The notes beneath the pieces are model-generated. The model had not been told where the DNA came from, did no database searches, and was given only the letters and a program-made list of their open reading frames with translations. Below are positions 22,861-37,200 of a stretch of 64,000 nt of DNA, piece after piece. The position numbers and the translations under genes were made by a program. Each line of letters starts with the position of its first letter. Within the stretch, counting starts at the first letter, position 1. This stretch comes from Pocillopora damicornis (taxonomy: Eukaryota): the NCBI RefSeq assembly GCF_003704095.1, contig NW_020847079.1, positions 62,001 to 126,000 of the forward strand. The letters are read 5' to 3'.

Positions 22861-25072
22861 CGCCAGGCTGGGAAAATTAAAATCAGTGAATTCCTTGCCG
22901 CACTACTGAGCTGTTGGGAAAGGTCTTACAGGTGATTAATATTTAGAGAGTCTTTCATTTCTTGGTCATAGTACTCACGAAAGGTATTTTCCACTAAAAT
23001 TCCGGTTTAGGGAAAAATCCTTCCGAATGAAAATGTAAAGTGATCTTTTTCTCAATTTGTTATGAATTTAAATAATAATAGAACGATGTGTTGTTTTTTT
23101 TTTGGACACATAAAACCGCCCAGGTTGAATTAAGAACTTCAAATACACCTGCAAGACTTCCAAAGAGTATAGGATCTACCCTCGCTCAGCAGAAAATCTT
23201 AATAACAGAGTCCTTAACTTACCAATAGCAGTTTAAAGAAAAATCCGATTAGTTTTACTCCGATGTAATTGCTTAGTGTACGTTTTAGCTAAGGCGAAAA
23301 CCTTCAACTAATCTGATCATGTTACGACGTCCATAAACAAACAGTTACGAGTGGGTATTTTGTAAATGCACCTTGTGTTAGGTTTGTCATCCAACGAACC
23401 AATAGTTCGCCAAGATAGTGAAGCACAGTTCAAAATAAATACAAACAGTGTCATGAAATAAAGGGAGCCGCTGATATTCGGTGCCTTAGTCTGAACTAAT
23501 TATGTACTTTTAGTGGGAGCGGAAGGGAATTTTTGAATGCTTAGAAATGGTATTGACTAGTATTTTCAAGCATTCAAAAAAATCCCAGTCACTGAAACAG
23601 CGTAAATTTTTGTTGCGGCAATAATTTTTGGACTTTTGTTCAATAGAGCATTAGCACATAAATTATCGGAATACCACTCTATGATATCGTTTCTAAGGAT
23701 TTTCATTTGTGAGGTTATTCGATTCGAAGTAAATATTTGTACATAGTGGAATTTTGCACAAGGTTTTGACATTAAATAACATCAAGTTTGGAACCCGTCA
23801 GAAACACCAAAACTGTCGGCTTGAATTTTTTTCATCGTTGCACCTGTCAAAACAACGACAGTCTAAGTGTAAGACTTTGTTTAATCAAATTCAAAGCGTC
23901 AATAACCAACTTTCAGCCTGTACGAAAATCGACTCAAATACATCTACTGATGTATACAAAATGGAACGCTTTCTTGGTAGGAGTAACACGATGACCTTCG
24001 CTGCTAAGAGGAAAAGAGAACTCAACTTAAGACCACTTTATCTTTGAAATTATAACCCCCTGTTGAATAATGAGTTTAATCTCATCTGCAAAAAATGAAC
24101 GCTCAATTTTCATATCGCATAATTCTTCGCTAGAAAAAAAAATTCCCCTCTGTTTAAACAGGTTATAGTTCCACAAATAGATGTTTTTACAGTTGCTTTG
24201 TGTTTTGCCAAGTTTTCACGAGTTGTCTAAGCACCTTAACACCTCTAAGAGAACAAATGACGTATGTTTTGAGTTATTTTACCTTTAAAAACATCCCGTT
24301 TTTTTTTTTACAAGGGCTCTACATATGCGTTAGAAAAAAACGCGATGGCCAGAAAGGTATAATACTTGGTAATAGACGTTAGACACAAAATGGTGACAAC
24401 GATTTTTTTACATTTAATAATCGTTTCACAGTTAGGTATTTACGTCTAGAAAGGGAAATACTATTGACGAAATAAAAGCCAGCAAAAAAGAGGATTATGC
24501 GCAGACAATTCTTCGTGAAAATAACTTATATCAACAAGATACCTAAGCGCACAACTAAAAAAAAATTTTTGACGAATGCGTAAAATTGTCGGATATGCAC
24601 ATCTATTTACATTAGGTCAGTTACAACTACAAGGCCAAACCAAGACTAAAAAGTCCTCCCTGCTTTAACTCGCCTCGGTGGGTTGCATCACAAGTTTTGT
24701 ATAAGTTTTGTATTAAGTTATTTAAAAACTCCTAGCTTGACTGGTCAAGATTTTGTTGATTTACAGGTATAAAGCTAGATTTTATGAAAGTGGCGGAGAT
24801 GATCTGCACATAAGCACAAAAACTTGTGGATGGTCTTCATGAAAAGAATTGCAAAAATTTTAAAGAATTCTGCACAATCTTATTCCTTTTTCACAGATCG
24901 GATTTTAGGAACATTTTAAGACAAAAATAACACTAAAATCCAAATAAAGAAAAATAATTTCTGATTTCAACTTTTTAAAAAAAGTACTTGAGACTTTCTC
25001 TTCCAAAGAATGATCGTAAATACTCACTGGCACCGCTTTAAAAGAACGCTTTCTATCGCTGACTTTAGTTCG

Positions 25073-28000
25073 CTACATAAATCTCTCGACAGCTTTCAAA
25101 AATTCAACGAGATTACTCATGGTTCCTTCGTCAGACGAAACTGCACTCTCGCAGGCAGTTCGAGCTTTGATTCCAAAATCTCTTGCCTGCAACGAAAATA
25201 ACAAACGCTTCAGCGCGCAAAAGAACAGTCTACCGAACGATGGAAACTAAGACATTTAGTTTGGAAACTTTTAACCCTCTCAGATTGAAAACTGATTATG
25301 AATAGGGAGGGAAGTGATTCGTCGTGTCAGTAAGAAATACATTAATTGTATCGAGTATACTATGAGGACAAAATCAGACGGTATTTAACAAGGTCCGCTC
25401 GTTTCTCACGGTGTCGCCGTTCGAGCCGCAGCCTACGGCCTGCTCGCGGACTATCTTTCAGACTTTATGCACAAATCAAGTTTGTGCATGCACACGACAA
25501 TTAACCACAGTCGTACGATTTAAGTTATACGGACTTACTTTTGGCATATCTCCCAAAATAAACTGTAACATGGCTGTGGTGAAATATATTTTACACATGA
25601 CTGCAGGAGTTTGCACTGTCTGCTGCTCTCGCAGGTCCAATATGGCATTTACCACCTGGATAGCCTCTGCTTCTTGAGCCTCGTCTGAAAGAACGAAACA
25701 TCTAAAGTTCACCTTTAATTTACCTTGCTTATAAATTTTACACAAGGAAGTCCTGACACGAGTCTCTGATAGCCTGCTAGTTGCGCAACCTTTAACTATT
25801 TGAAATCCAGCTGTAGCTAATGTTATTTTTTTCAAAACTTCTAGACATAAAAAGGGTAAATTACACAAACATAAGCCCCACCAGAGAGGCTCACTCAGAC
25901 AAAAACAATTGCAATAAAAGACGCAGGTGATTGTTTCGAAGAGGTTTGGAATGGAGTTCTATGAAATGAGTGGCAAAGCCTTGAGAGCCAATTGTTCAGG
26001 AGCTCGTTTCCTTCATTCCTATTTAACGCCCTCGAAGCCGGCACGAAAAGCAAAATTTTCTCAGCTAGCGTCAAAAACATTCGAACTAAGAAAAAAATAC
26101 TTCCAGTGAGACCCTCAGTAACATATTTTATCACAATTATTGTCACTTTGGATGCTGTGCTACTGAGCTATAGGAAACCGAAATTGCCCAACGAATGAAA
26201 AACAAACACAGATCTTGTAATTTAACACACATTCCACATTTTAGTACCTAAAACATCAAAATCTGTTGGTACACCAGAGTTGAAGGCTGGTCCTATCCCA
26301 GAAGGTTCTGCAGGCGTTTTGGTTCTCTGACCCACCAATTTGCCAAGGTGTTCAAACCAGATGTCTGTCACCTGGAAATAAAAATGAGCTAATGCCATTA
26401 GAATTGTGAATATGCATTCATAATAGTCTAGCACACAAGACAAGTGACAGACCAAATCATTGTAGCAAATTGCAATTTCCATGTAACTTGAAGTGAATAC
26501 ACTGCTAATGCAGCAGTCTTATTACTCCCTCTGGCTATAGCCTGCCAGCAGACCCTCATTATCAGTACATTACCACAAGCAGTTCTTTGCCCATTGTAAA
26601 GTATGAGGCCTAGAGCAAAGCAAGCTAGCGAGAGGTCTCAAGGGGTCTAGCAACTGCTATTATCAATGACACACCCCCAGAAAACCTCACACTGATTCAT
26701 CTCAAATCTTCCTCTAGAAGAGAAACTTGCACCAAGCAGCAATACAACAAGGGCCTGTTTTCTGGCTACTATGGCTACCACCAAACAACTTCAGGCTGCA
26801 ATGTCTGTGAGTTGTAAAATACAAAAGAACACTATGTATATTGGCTGATTGGCTACAAAAGCACCAATACTCTACTTTTCTCAAGCCTCATACTGCATTT
26901 ATTGAATATGCCATCCTGGAAGAAGTGCTACATGTGAGACCAAAAACACTGATATGCAATACCCCTTAGTAAGTGCCCCAACAAGTAACGTGATGCTTCT
27001 GAGGAACTTAGCTTAGATTTAAATTTGGCTTAAACAGCCTTGGAAATTCCTCTTCCTCCAAAACCACATAGTTAAGTTTGACTGTTTGAAACAGTGATGG
27101 TTTCCTTCCCTTCCATTAAACTCTTAAACTAAAATCAGCAGGCAGTGAGATCAAAATTTTGCAAACATGCAAAGAGCAGGGCAAGAAGAGACAGCGGATG
27201 TAATTTTAACATTTTATATTTCTTTGTCTTTATTTTTCCAAGAAAAATAAAGAATGTTATAAAAACACTCCATGACTTGCAAAAAATGTTTGAAATGCCA
27301 TGATATTGGTCTTAAATAGAGTAAATACAGTCTAACAGTTTGACAACTCCTGGACTTTTTAACTCTATACAGTCATCATGATATTGCCTTACTTGATTGT
27401 ACAGAGAAAATGCTACATCCAACTTGTTCTGCCTGTAGAACACATTGGCCATGTGAAAATATCCACCAGAGGTCCTAATGTCATCTGTACCATGCACTCT
27501 AGATGAGTGATAGATCTACAAAACAATGAGTGGACATAAACATTGGAGGTTTTGTCAAAGAAAGGCCTTTAGGGTCACACTTTCTGCATGAATCAAAATT
27601 GCATGAAAAAAATTATTGTTCAAAAAATTATTTTTGTTGTTGACTTGCATTTCTAAACAAATAAGAGTTTAACTCTTTACACTATATACATATTCTCCAT
27701 ACTGTTCTCTATACATTTGTTAAGGTACTAACAAGGAGACTTTGTTTAACAATCAAGCACTACTTCAGTTGGTGATCATTTTCTTTATTCTCATAATCTT
27801 CATGTTCAATTCAAGAGTGATATTGTACAGAGAAATTAGATGCTAGTCCATCCTAATGCTTATCTGGTGACTTGTCAGACTGTCAGTTAAACTTACATCA
27901 TCAGCTAGTTGTGAGAGAGCATCAGGGTAATTTCCCTGTGCAGCATACAGCAAACCCAAGTTCCTGAAGAGCTTTGATTTAATACTGTCTGGACATTCAG

Positions 28001-30421
28001 GAGTCTTAAGCACTGTCCACTGTGCCTGAGCTAAATACTCCTCTGCCTGAGATAACCGACCAAGACCTAAAAAGAAATACACATGAAGGTTTCACATCTG
28101 ATCCTTCATGGGATACTTAGATTTCTCTTTTTTTCCAAGCTGATAAGAAAACAAGTAACATCTTTCTTTAATTTCACCAGTGACACTTTACCATATGTCT
28201 TATTCTATTGACTAAGCACACTATGCTTTGCAAACAATCATAACATTATTTTACCCTTAGATTTTTTATTGAGAAGAGTTGCTTTATCTCAAACTATTGA
28301 AAGAGACATTTGACTTGACTAAAAAATATTACCACAGCACTTATCAGCAAAGGTTGGAGCCTTAGAGTAACCATTGTTTGTTTAGTCCAATCATCCATGT
28401 GAGAGTAGTCTTGGAAAGAAATGACATTTCAACAACTTGAACTGTAGTCATCATTTGAGTCACTGATACCAAGCATGACTCCAATGATGACTTTTGCTCC
28501 CGTTGTCCAAACACCAGTCATTATCACAAACAATAGTTGTCTTTCAGGTCTACACAAATCTTCGCAATCACACTAAATAATTCATTATCTAACTTCAATA
28601 AAAGTACTCACCTATACTTGCCTCTCCCAGTATAAGGTATGAAGGGACAAGCTCAATGCTACTCAAGCCATAAACCTCAATAGAGAACTTTAAGGATTCC
28701 AGTGCTGCTGGAACTACTCTGTCATATCTACCTTCAAAGAGCAGCTTTTGACCCTCTGTGCGGCATAATTCAATCATTTGTGTCTGTTTGAAGGAAACCA
28801 AACAGTGATTTATTTTTAACTTCTCCTTGCAATTCCACTTTTTCATCTTGCAAAAAGTTATGGAGAATAGACAAGCTTATATCAGTCAGGGAGTGTCTTT
28901 AAGTTCAGTAAGGGGAAATAATAATTTGATCTTGGGACTTAAAGGGTTAAGATATTTTAACAATTTTGTACTTTGAATTCTTAATTTTTTTTTCAATACC
29001 TTTCTGTTCCAAACAATTACAAAAATGATAAATACCTGTCTGACTATTTGCTGTTGTTTCCTGTGCTGCCTTTCTTCTTCTGATCCAAGAAATGGAATGG
29101 GTGTTCGCAGTGGAATTAACAACTGACATATCTTTTCATGAATTCCAAGCCAATCAGTTTTCTGATGCTCAGGACCACTGAAAAGGAACAAAACATGCAA
29201 AACTGCTATTTCATTTCTTTTATTACTTATAATTTTAACTTATTTATGCAAAAAGAAAAGAGCTCTCTTCACAGGTAGTTTACACACCAAGTATTATACA
29301 CCAAGTAATAGTTCATAAGAATAGCTGCATAAATCTTATAAACAAAATAAGGAACATGGCTTAAAATGGATTTCAGGTCATATTGAGAGAAACCACCCAT
29401 TTAAATTATTTGTTAAGTCTATAAATATTCCCATCTGATGGTCACAACTTACAACACACTATAATCAATACTCACATCGCTTAAAATACATTTCACAACA
29501 GTAGTATTCATAGTTAACCTTTTAACTCCTGTGAGTGACCAAGACAGAATTTCTCCTTACTATATCTATACAATATCATGCAGACAAGTAATGAGAATAA
29601 AGAAAAATATCAATTAAGGGATTACTAAATGATCCAATACCAAATTCTCCAAACTAACATGAGAATCACTTGGTAGACAGTAAGGAGAATTACTAATAAG
29701 ATCTTGGGAGTTAAAAGGTTACAGTCATGCAGTAGTGCCAATCTACTCCCGTGATGAACGCATTCTTAAAGATACGACACTACATTATTTCTACGAGTAA
29801 ATCACCGAAATACTTAAGCAAATAAAGTACATGCATATCCAACTAGTTCAATATGAAATCTTTATTATGAAATTATTTTCATCTACAACAGAACACCCTA
29901 ACATTAAGTACTGGGTATATATGATGCATAACCAAACAAAAATTCAGTGGTCTTCAAAGAATTCCGATTTTTCTCTCAAGTGCCGCAGCGCTAGTATCCT
30001 TGTTGAAAATTTCAAAAATTAATACCCCCTTAGTGCTGCAGTAAGATACTCCACTAATAATTAAATTAAATAATTGGTATAGCGACCTGCGGGTGATGTA
30101 CAAAGTAAAGATACGATCTTTGTAGATGAGCTACAATTAAAGTAATCTCTGAAAAGAAGCCTGAAAAATTCCAGGCTCCGATGTGCCCCCTATCTGTTAT
30201 TAAGAAAAATTTATTTTACTTAACAATCTAGAAATTTTAATTTCAAGAGCAGAACCTTTCATTTTAAACCGAGTAAACATTCAGAATTCAGCGCACAAGA
30301 CATGAACTTACCAATAGTAAGTTACTCGGCAGTCCGTACATTGAACAAATGCTGGCTTCTGGCACAACTCACATAAAAGTTTGACACCCTTTGGGTTGGC
30401 CAAAGGATTGATAGTAATCAT
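25073..30421 (-). CDS. ZMYND12: Zinc finger MYND domain-containing protein 12 (MYND finger + TPR-like repeats). Exons: 30421-30312, 29177-29036, 28783-28612, 28066-27897, 27515-27393, 26371-26248, 25684-25539, 25186-25073
   Basis: MITINPLANPKGVKLLCELCQKPAFVQCTDCRVTYYCGPEHQKTDWLGIHEKICQLLIPLRT...LGRLSQAEEYLAQAQWTVLK...GTDDIRTSGGYFH closely matches vertebrate ZMYND12 as I recall it; all junctions are GT-AG and in frame. Confidence 0.95.
27669..27852 (+). mobile_element. piggyBac-type MITE, subfamily B, in a ZMYND12 intron
   Basis: ttaactctttacac...tattctccatactgttctc...tttgtttaacaatcaag...agaaattagatgctagtc. Confidence 0.75.
28375..28585. mobile_element. Heavily CpG-decayed Penelope-like terminal-repeat remnant with inverted arms
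   Basis: gtcatcatttgagtca...tgactccaatgatgac followed by a decayed GAAACGTC motif (caaacaccagtca); related fragment at ~15285-15340. Confidence 0.45.
29514..29721 (-). mobile_element. piggyBac-type MITE, subfamily A
   Basis: ttaaccttttaactcc...gggagttaaaaggtta; reverse complement of the 47406 copy. Confidence 0.85.
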
Positions 30422-30521
30422 TTCTTTCGCAGCCGACAAATTTGTGAATAAAGTCCTCTCAAGTCCTAAAAGTCAACTTCACTCCGACCGCCATATTGTT
30501 TCGAGATGCGAAAGGTTTGAG

Positions 30522-30534
30522 GTTGCTAAGCAAC
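30522..30534. promoter_or_regulatory. RFX X-box-like motif upstream of ZMYND12
   Basis: GTTGCTAAGCAAC inside the palindrome gaggttgctaagcaacctc, about 100 bp upstream of the ATG of a ciliary/flagellar gene. Confidence 0.65.
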
Positions 30535-31268
30535 CTCCCTATCACAGATTCAATGTCCGTGGGCTCATATGTTGACGAGATAAAATTTAACGGAGGATAG
30601 GATCGGTGGAAAAGGATTATGGAACTTACTTTTTCCAAGACCGGTAGGTGTTGCGCCGGGTTAATTGAAGAAAATATGCGTCACTTACCGTAAAAAACGC
30701 TAGAGCGAAAACTTTTTGTATATAATGATTAACAGAAACATGCTGTAAGTGATAAGGTTAACGGGAAAGAAATTAATGAGGAGAAGGATTGAAAAACAGA
30801 CTGGTTCTCAATCCTCTTAGGTTGTCTGGCGCATTTTTCCCCGAGGAATTCTCATTGGATGGGATAGGAGAGAAAAGGAAGATAACGAAAGCCACCAACT
30901 CCCTGGTTCCTGCAAGATGTCGGGACGTGGGCGTTTAAATCATGGTTTCTGCATTTTGAACAGCTCATATATTAGAGAGGTTGGCAATGACGATGCTGCT
31001 AGCGGCAGTCGGGAATAATTGAACTACTTGTCGTATTCTTTCAGCCGTTTGCACACTAAAGTGATAATACTTGAATTTAAAATGGTTTGAGTATCAGAAG
31101 AAAGTGGGCAAAATCAGAGTCTGTTATTTTATTTCAGTCGTTCCTGTAAACGTCAAGCTTAAATTTATTTCTCCACCGTTCAAGATCCGCTTAGATAGGC
31201 TGGTCCCTTCCCGAACACAAAAAAGTTATCAAGGAAACGTAAAGATTTTCCATGATTTTTTATTAATC

Positions 31269-34200
31269 TTATAAAATTTTCTTTTTAATAAACTTAGCAA
31301 TAAAGAAACCGATAGTATCTTCATTACTCTGAGACCCTCCTGTGTCCGTAACATTAACTTTAGTCGGATCAAACCGCTGTACCAATTGGCATTCATCATC
31401 TGAGAGACCACAGGTACGAAGACCTGGTCCTCCCAGATGAGGTGTCTGTAAGAAAAAGATATAAAAAGTCAACTAAGAAAAGGATTCCGAGCAGTTCATC
31501 CTTTTCGACAAAGTCCGCCGCGCGAGTCCAAAAAATTCAGCCCAAAAAAATTGTGTTTAGGGCGAGAGAGTTTGACCTCTGTGTTACGCTCACAACACAC
31601 TTCTCGCGCGCCTCGTTATTCCCAGAGTTCTGCGCGGCGTACTAACAACAATTTCAATTTTTTCCCACTGATTTTTTTGGACTAACGCGATAAACTTCGC
31701 CGAAAGGAATTAAATCAGGTTTGTTATTTTCAATCTGTGTCAATCGTCTCCATTCTTGACCATCCTTGCTACCTTTGGACGTACTCTTGCACCTAAGTAT
31801 TTGTTGACCTTCATTGGTTACATTTACAAGTACCGACAGCTTTCAAAAATTCCTCATACAACCTCAAAATATTAGATATCTTACAAGACACATGTTGGAT
31901 GAAATATTTTCCCTTCACCCTTAAAAGCCATGTCAAGCTCAATCACCCCCAATTTCACCGAGACTAAAACGAGTTTCTGCAACGTAAACTGAGGCTGAAT
32001 AGAGCACAAGAGGTTAAATCACTGACTGGATAATCTGTCGTAAATTATAGAATGATACCTGACCTGTTTATCTAGTTTCAAGCAAGGAAATGACTTCAGA
32101 GCCCAAGCCACTTGTTCTTCATTTTCTTGTGGAGTTATAGTACAAGTAGAGTAAACAAGTACCCCTCCCTCCTTTAATAACCCCACAGCCTACAAGAAAG
32201 CAACAGATGGGGTCAGTACAGGGGAAAAAGTAGACAAAATATACCTTTTTGCTCAGAGAGATCTTTAATCCAGTGTTAAGTTATAAAAGGTTTCATTGCT
32301 CTTATCCAAAATGTTGCAAGATTGGTTTTTAAAGATCTCCTGAAATCGCCTTTCCTGGCAAGTTTGCAAAAGCATCCTTTTTCGTATCAACGAATATAAA
32401 GTAAATTACTTTCATAGATAAAACCGTTCTCGAATCAATTTCAGCTGTTCACATAGTCGCGTATTTACTTGAAAATGCCAACATCTTGATTAGCTTTTGC
32501 TTACATTCCCCCTATAAAAAAACGCTGGAAGACAATGGTAAGAGAACCATTTTGCGACGCTTTCCTCCAAACCGTTTTCAAAAGCTTCGCTTTCATATAA
32601 GTAAAAGGAGCGTTTCCAAAACGATGCGTTTTCATGACAACCCATAAAAAGCCAGAGGGCTTTTATGAAAATGGAGAGTTTCGAAAATGGGTTTAGAGGC
32701 GAAGTCTTTCATAAACACCTCGTTTTTTGTATAAACAGGCCGAAGTTTCTAAAGACGGTGGTGTTGCGTCGATAAGGAGTATTACAAGATAATAAATTTG
32801 GGTTTTATTAACTGAGTTGATAATGTAGATTGGCCAACACCCTTTCAAGCTGAAGTTTCGAGCGTGGACGAGGATTTAAATATATTAGCCCACTGCCTAC
32901 GTAGTTACAACCAAGCACGAGATGAGTAGCCATACAAACAATGAGAGGACCGTTGGTCAAATGATGACAGCGTCCGATGGAAGATGGTTACATGAATCAT
33001 TATCAGACATTAAAAATAAAATTAATGAAACAATTTAAGTAACAGTAAACGATCCTTTAGGTGTAATTATTTTTTTCAACTTACAGTTGTGAAGAGTTTT
33101 CTTTGTAACCTCGGATAAGACTGTAACTCTTTTAAAGTCATTCGGACGAAAAACTGAGGACGCTGACCCAAAGCACTACAAGGCGCATCGAGAAGAATGC
33201 GGTCAAAACTACCACACGGGTAGGGTGGGGACGTCGAGAGAAAAGCTAAACAGAAAGCGAAGGAGGATTAATGTAAATGCGATACTCATTCACGTAAATA
33301 TTATTATGAGGTACACCTTATTTGTTCTTGATTTATTTTCAGTGCACTCTGTGATTGGTTAAATCAACTCCAGCCACACCCTTTACCACTTAGATGAAAG
33401 AAAACAGTATTCTATTTAGAAATATCATCGGTTCACTGTATTTCTCCTTTTTCCTTTATATTCTGTGATCAGCCGTTGATTGGGTTTCTCAAATTACTTT
33501 TTGTCCAGACTTTCCACAGTTACAAAAGACAACACTACAGCTCAGATTAATGTTACCACAATGATAGGCACTTTGTTCCATTTCCCAAATTACAACCAAT
33601 TGTCCAAAAATTGCATTATTTTAGAAAGCAACATACACTTACTGTTTTCTCCACCGTAATGTTTCTCAGAGTCGAGAGACTTAACACCATCATATATAAA
33701 ACTCTTTACACATTGGATACCAAGCTTTTCACAGTTTGCTCTCAGTTTGGCTACTTTTGGCTCACTCTTGTCAAAAGCAATCACTACACCCTTACAAAAA
33801 AAAAACAGAATAACAACCTAACTTTCTTTAACCCTTTTACTCCCAAGATTTCATCAGTAATTCTCCTTACTGTCTGCCATATATTTCTTCTGATGTTAGT
33901 TTGGAGAATTTAGTATAATAATTGGATTAACTAATAATCCCCTAATTAAGATTTTTATTTATTCTCATCACTTGTCTGCTTGATATTGTATTGATATTGT
34001 AAGGAGAAATCCTGTCTTGGTCACTCATGGGAATTAAAGGGGTAAAAACACAATTCAGAAAAGGGACAGAGGATAAAAGTCTTAATTAATTGTGAAATAC
34101 CTATGACCCCAACTGTCAATTCAGAAACATGCAATGCACCCAAAATAAGTCTAACTTAGGGAGACAAAGAGTTTATGTAGGAGGCAATGCATTTGAATAA

Positions 34201-37200
34201 AAGAAATTCAACCATAAACATGTTTCAGAGGTATTTTGCTGTCACTGCCTATCACTGACTCACTAGTCCTTTAATTTAACAATTTTCTTAGTTGCAAACA
34301 AAGAAAAAGCTAATGCTACACCTAATCACTAAAACATTTTTTTTAAAAAGCTCACCTTGTCTTCCATGAGGGAGGCCACATGAGTGGTTTTTCCACCTAA
34401 AATAACAAATGAAGAGTAATATAAAAGCACTTTGTTTATTCTAAAACAACTTCAACTATTTTGCTTAAAAGAGCTTCTTTGTCTTTGTTATAACAGTAAG
34501 ATTGTTAGAAGGTGTATTCAATAAAGTAATTGTCAACACAGGGGTGAGTTGGTAGCATGCTCCCAGCTGTTGGCTATGATTCTTGCATATAATCACATAT
34601 CAAAGAGGTATGGAAAGCACACTTTTCTCATGACCAAAAGGTCTGAGTTCAACCCAAGCTGTGATATTGTTCTGTAGTCTCCAACAAGACAGTTTAATCT
34701 CACACTGCCTCTCTTCAGAATTTTCCATGGTATGCATGTCATCATGACTAAGCATTCTAGAAATTTCTAGATAAGTATTTTACAGTTATTATCCATAACA
34801 CTGTAACTAGGTATTAATAACTTTCTGGGAAACTTGATAAAATGCCAAGAGGGGGTTGGGGTTAGCTATGATGGACAGGCACTTGTTTCTGGGGAAGGGT
34901 GGCCAAACTCCCATTCTCATCAAAATTAAGACATCAGGATTAGCACTGATAACAATGGGCAACCAAGTGTTTAAGACCTCAAGACTTAATATAACCCATT
35001 TCCAAACTAAAAGGTGGCAGTGGATTGTCTATTTTACCTGGAGCAGCACACATGTCTAGGATGACTTCACCAGGTTGAGGGTCCAACACATGTCCAACCA
35101 CCACAGACGGCAAGTTTTGAAGGAACAGCAGATGAGGAAGCACTCCCCCCAGTGATGGACAGCTGAACAAAGGAGATGTCATATGAACTGCCACACCACT
35201 GGAAAGAAAACAAAGATGCAAATTAACAACCTCTAAGGCTTATCCATGCCTAAAAAATCCAACAGTAATGAGGCATCATTGCCCTAACCCTTCTGCAAAT
35301 GAGTTCACATAGCAGATAAGGCATCTACCTCAGTCTTCCATGAGAAACACTACAACAAATCATGCAAGAAAATCAAGGTAATCTGAATTGTTACATGTTT
35401 TAACATGCTCTCTGGATTAACAGTTAGCAAAGAATTCACAAAAAAAGTCAAGTTTGTCATAATGAGAATTAAAAAGACCTCTAACTACAGCCAAAACAAT
35501 TACCTCACATGTTCTTGTGAGCAGAATAGATCTTTTCTGGCAAGGACAGCTATTCCATTTCCCAAAAACACCCTCTTACCATTGTAATGTTTGGTAAGAC
35601 CTTTACGGCATTTCCCTTCCAGATCGGCGTAAACTGAGACTGTGTCTCCACTTTCCATGCCTATAAGTGAATGTTAAATAAAAGTAATTTATCACATTCC
35701 CACATCATAATGCTATCCATTCTAACTGCATATGTCTCTGTTTCTGCTATATTACTGTACATGCAATGCCACATTAAAACCAGGTTGAGGAAACATTTAA
35801 GAGAGAATAAAAATAACATGGCGATATGAAAGGGGTTTATCTTGGTGCACATAAATTTTAAGATTTTCAGACCAAAAGAGCTGCCAGAGCTAGTAAGGAA
35901 AATGGTTCCTCCTCTTAGATCAGGCACTATCTACCACGAGAATCTCAGCATTTTTTCTGGTTTCCCAGGGCATTTTTTTCAATATCCCTAACTTTGAGTC
36001 CCATTTGACCCTTTACACACTGAGATCAGTATGCAGATTCTCCATTATGTTTTCTATACAGTTACAAAGAAACTTTCAAAGAAAATTTGTTTGTCAATCA
36101 AAAGCTTCTTCACTTAAAAATTATTTAATCCTTAATTCTCATAACTTTATTTTTAATTCAGTGGTGATACTGTAAGGAGAAACTAGATGTTAGTCACTCT
36201 TTGGGGTCAAAGGATTATTGGAGCACTGACTGAAAAGATGTCTTGGGGAATTACATATACATACTCACCAGGGTGAGCTGCCATGACTCCAGGAGCAAAG
36301 ATATCTGCCCCTCTAAGTATTGCAGCCCCACAGTTGGAATCAACAATAATCTCCTTTACAACTGGTACAAGATTGGTGTCCGGGCCAAATCCATGGATTA
36401 GCAAGACATCATTCAATTGCTCATGCAGGATCACTTTGTAATTATGTTGTCTTGCTTTCTTGCCCTCCTTCAATCAAAATGCAACTTATTTGTTATTAAT
36501 AGTAAAACATTTACTTTGAAAAGTTTCAGTTCTTACTTTTATCAGTTTGAATGATCCTTTGTTTGCATGTTTTACCTTATCTCATTCAAGGAGTAAGATG
36601 TACATTAAGCCCCTAACTCACCCTAAGTGACCAAGACAGAATTTCTCCTTATAATATGAATTTGACACCACACAGACAAGTCATGCAAATAAAGATAAAA
36701 AGGTAGGGGATTATTAGATGATCCAATACCAATTTCTACAAACTAACATTATAAGAATTGTATGAGAGACAGTAAGGAGAATTACAAATGATATATGAAA
36801 GTAAAATGGCTACGTTACACTTATTATGTTTCAGCTCCTAGTGAACCTAAATAAAGTGATGCCCATTTTTATTTAAACCAAATCCAACTCTGAAAGTAAC
36901 CAATAAATACTTGTGAAGAATCAAGCAATGGCACCTCCACCAAGGAGATCCTCTGATTCCAAGTTGAATTAGGATTTGAAGGAATGTCTTTTGTCAAGTG
37001 AAGAAGCAAAAGAACTGGAAAATGCACTCAAAGCAAGGTTAAGAATGAAAAACAAACCAAACACATTTGTGACATCAGGATATAGGAATTGAACCTGGGC
37101 ATGGATTTAGATGCTTTTACCACTGTTCTATCTCAGCTTTGGGGGAGACCAGCCCTTGTAACCTACCCACCATCACTGTTATGTTGGCTATTAAACATAA

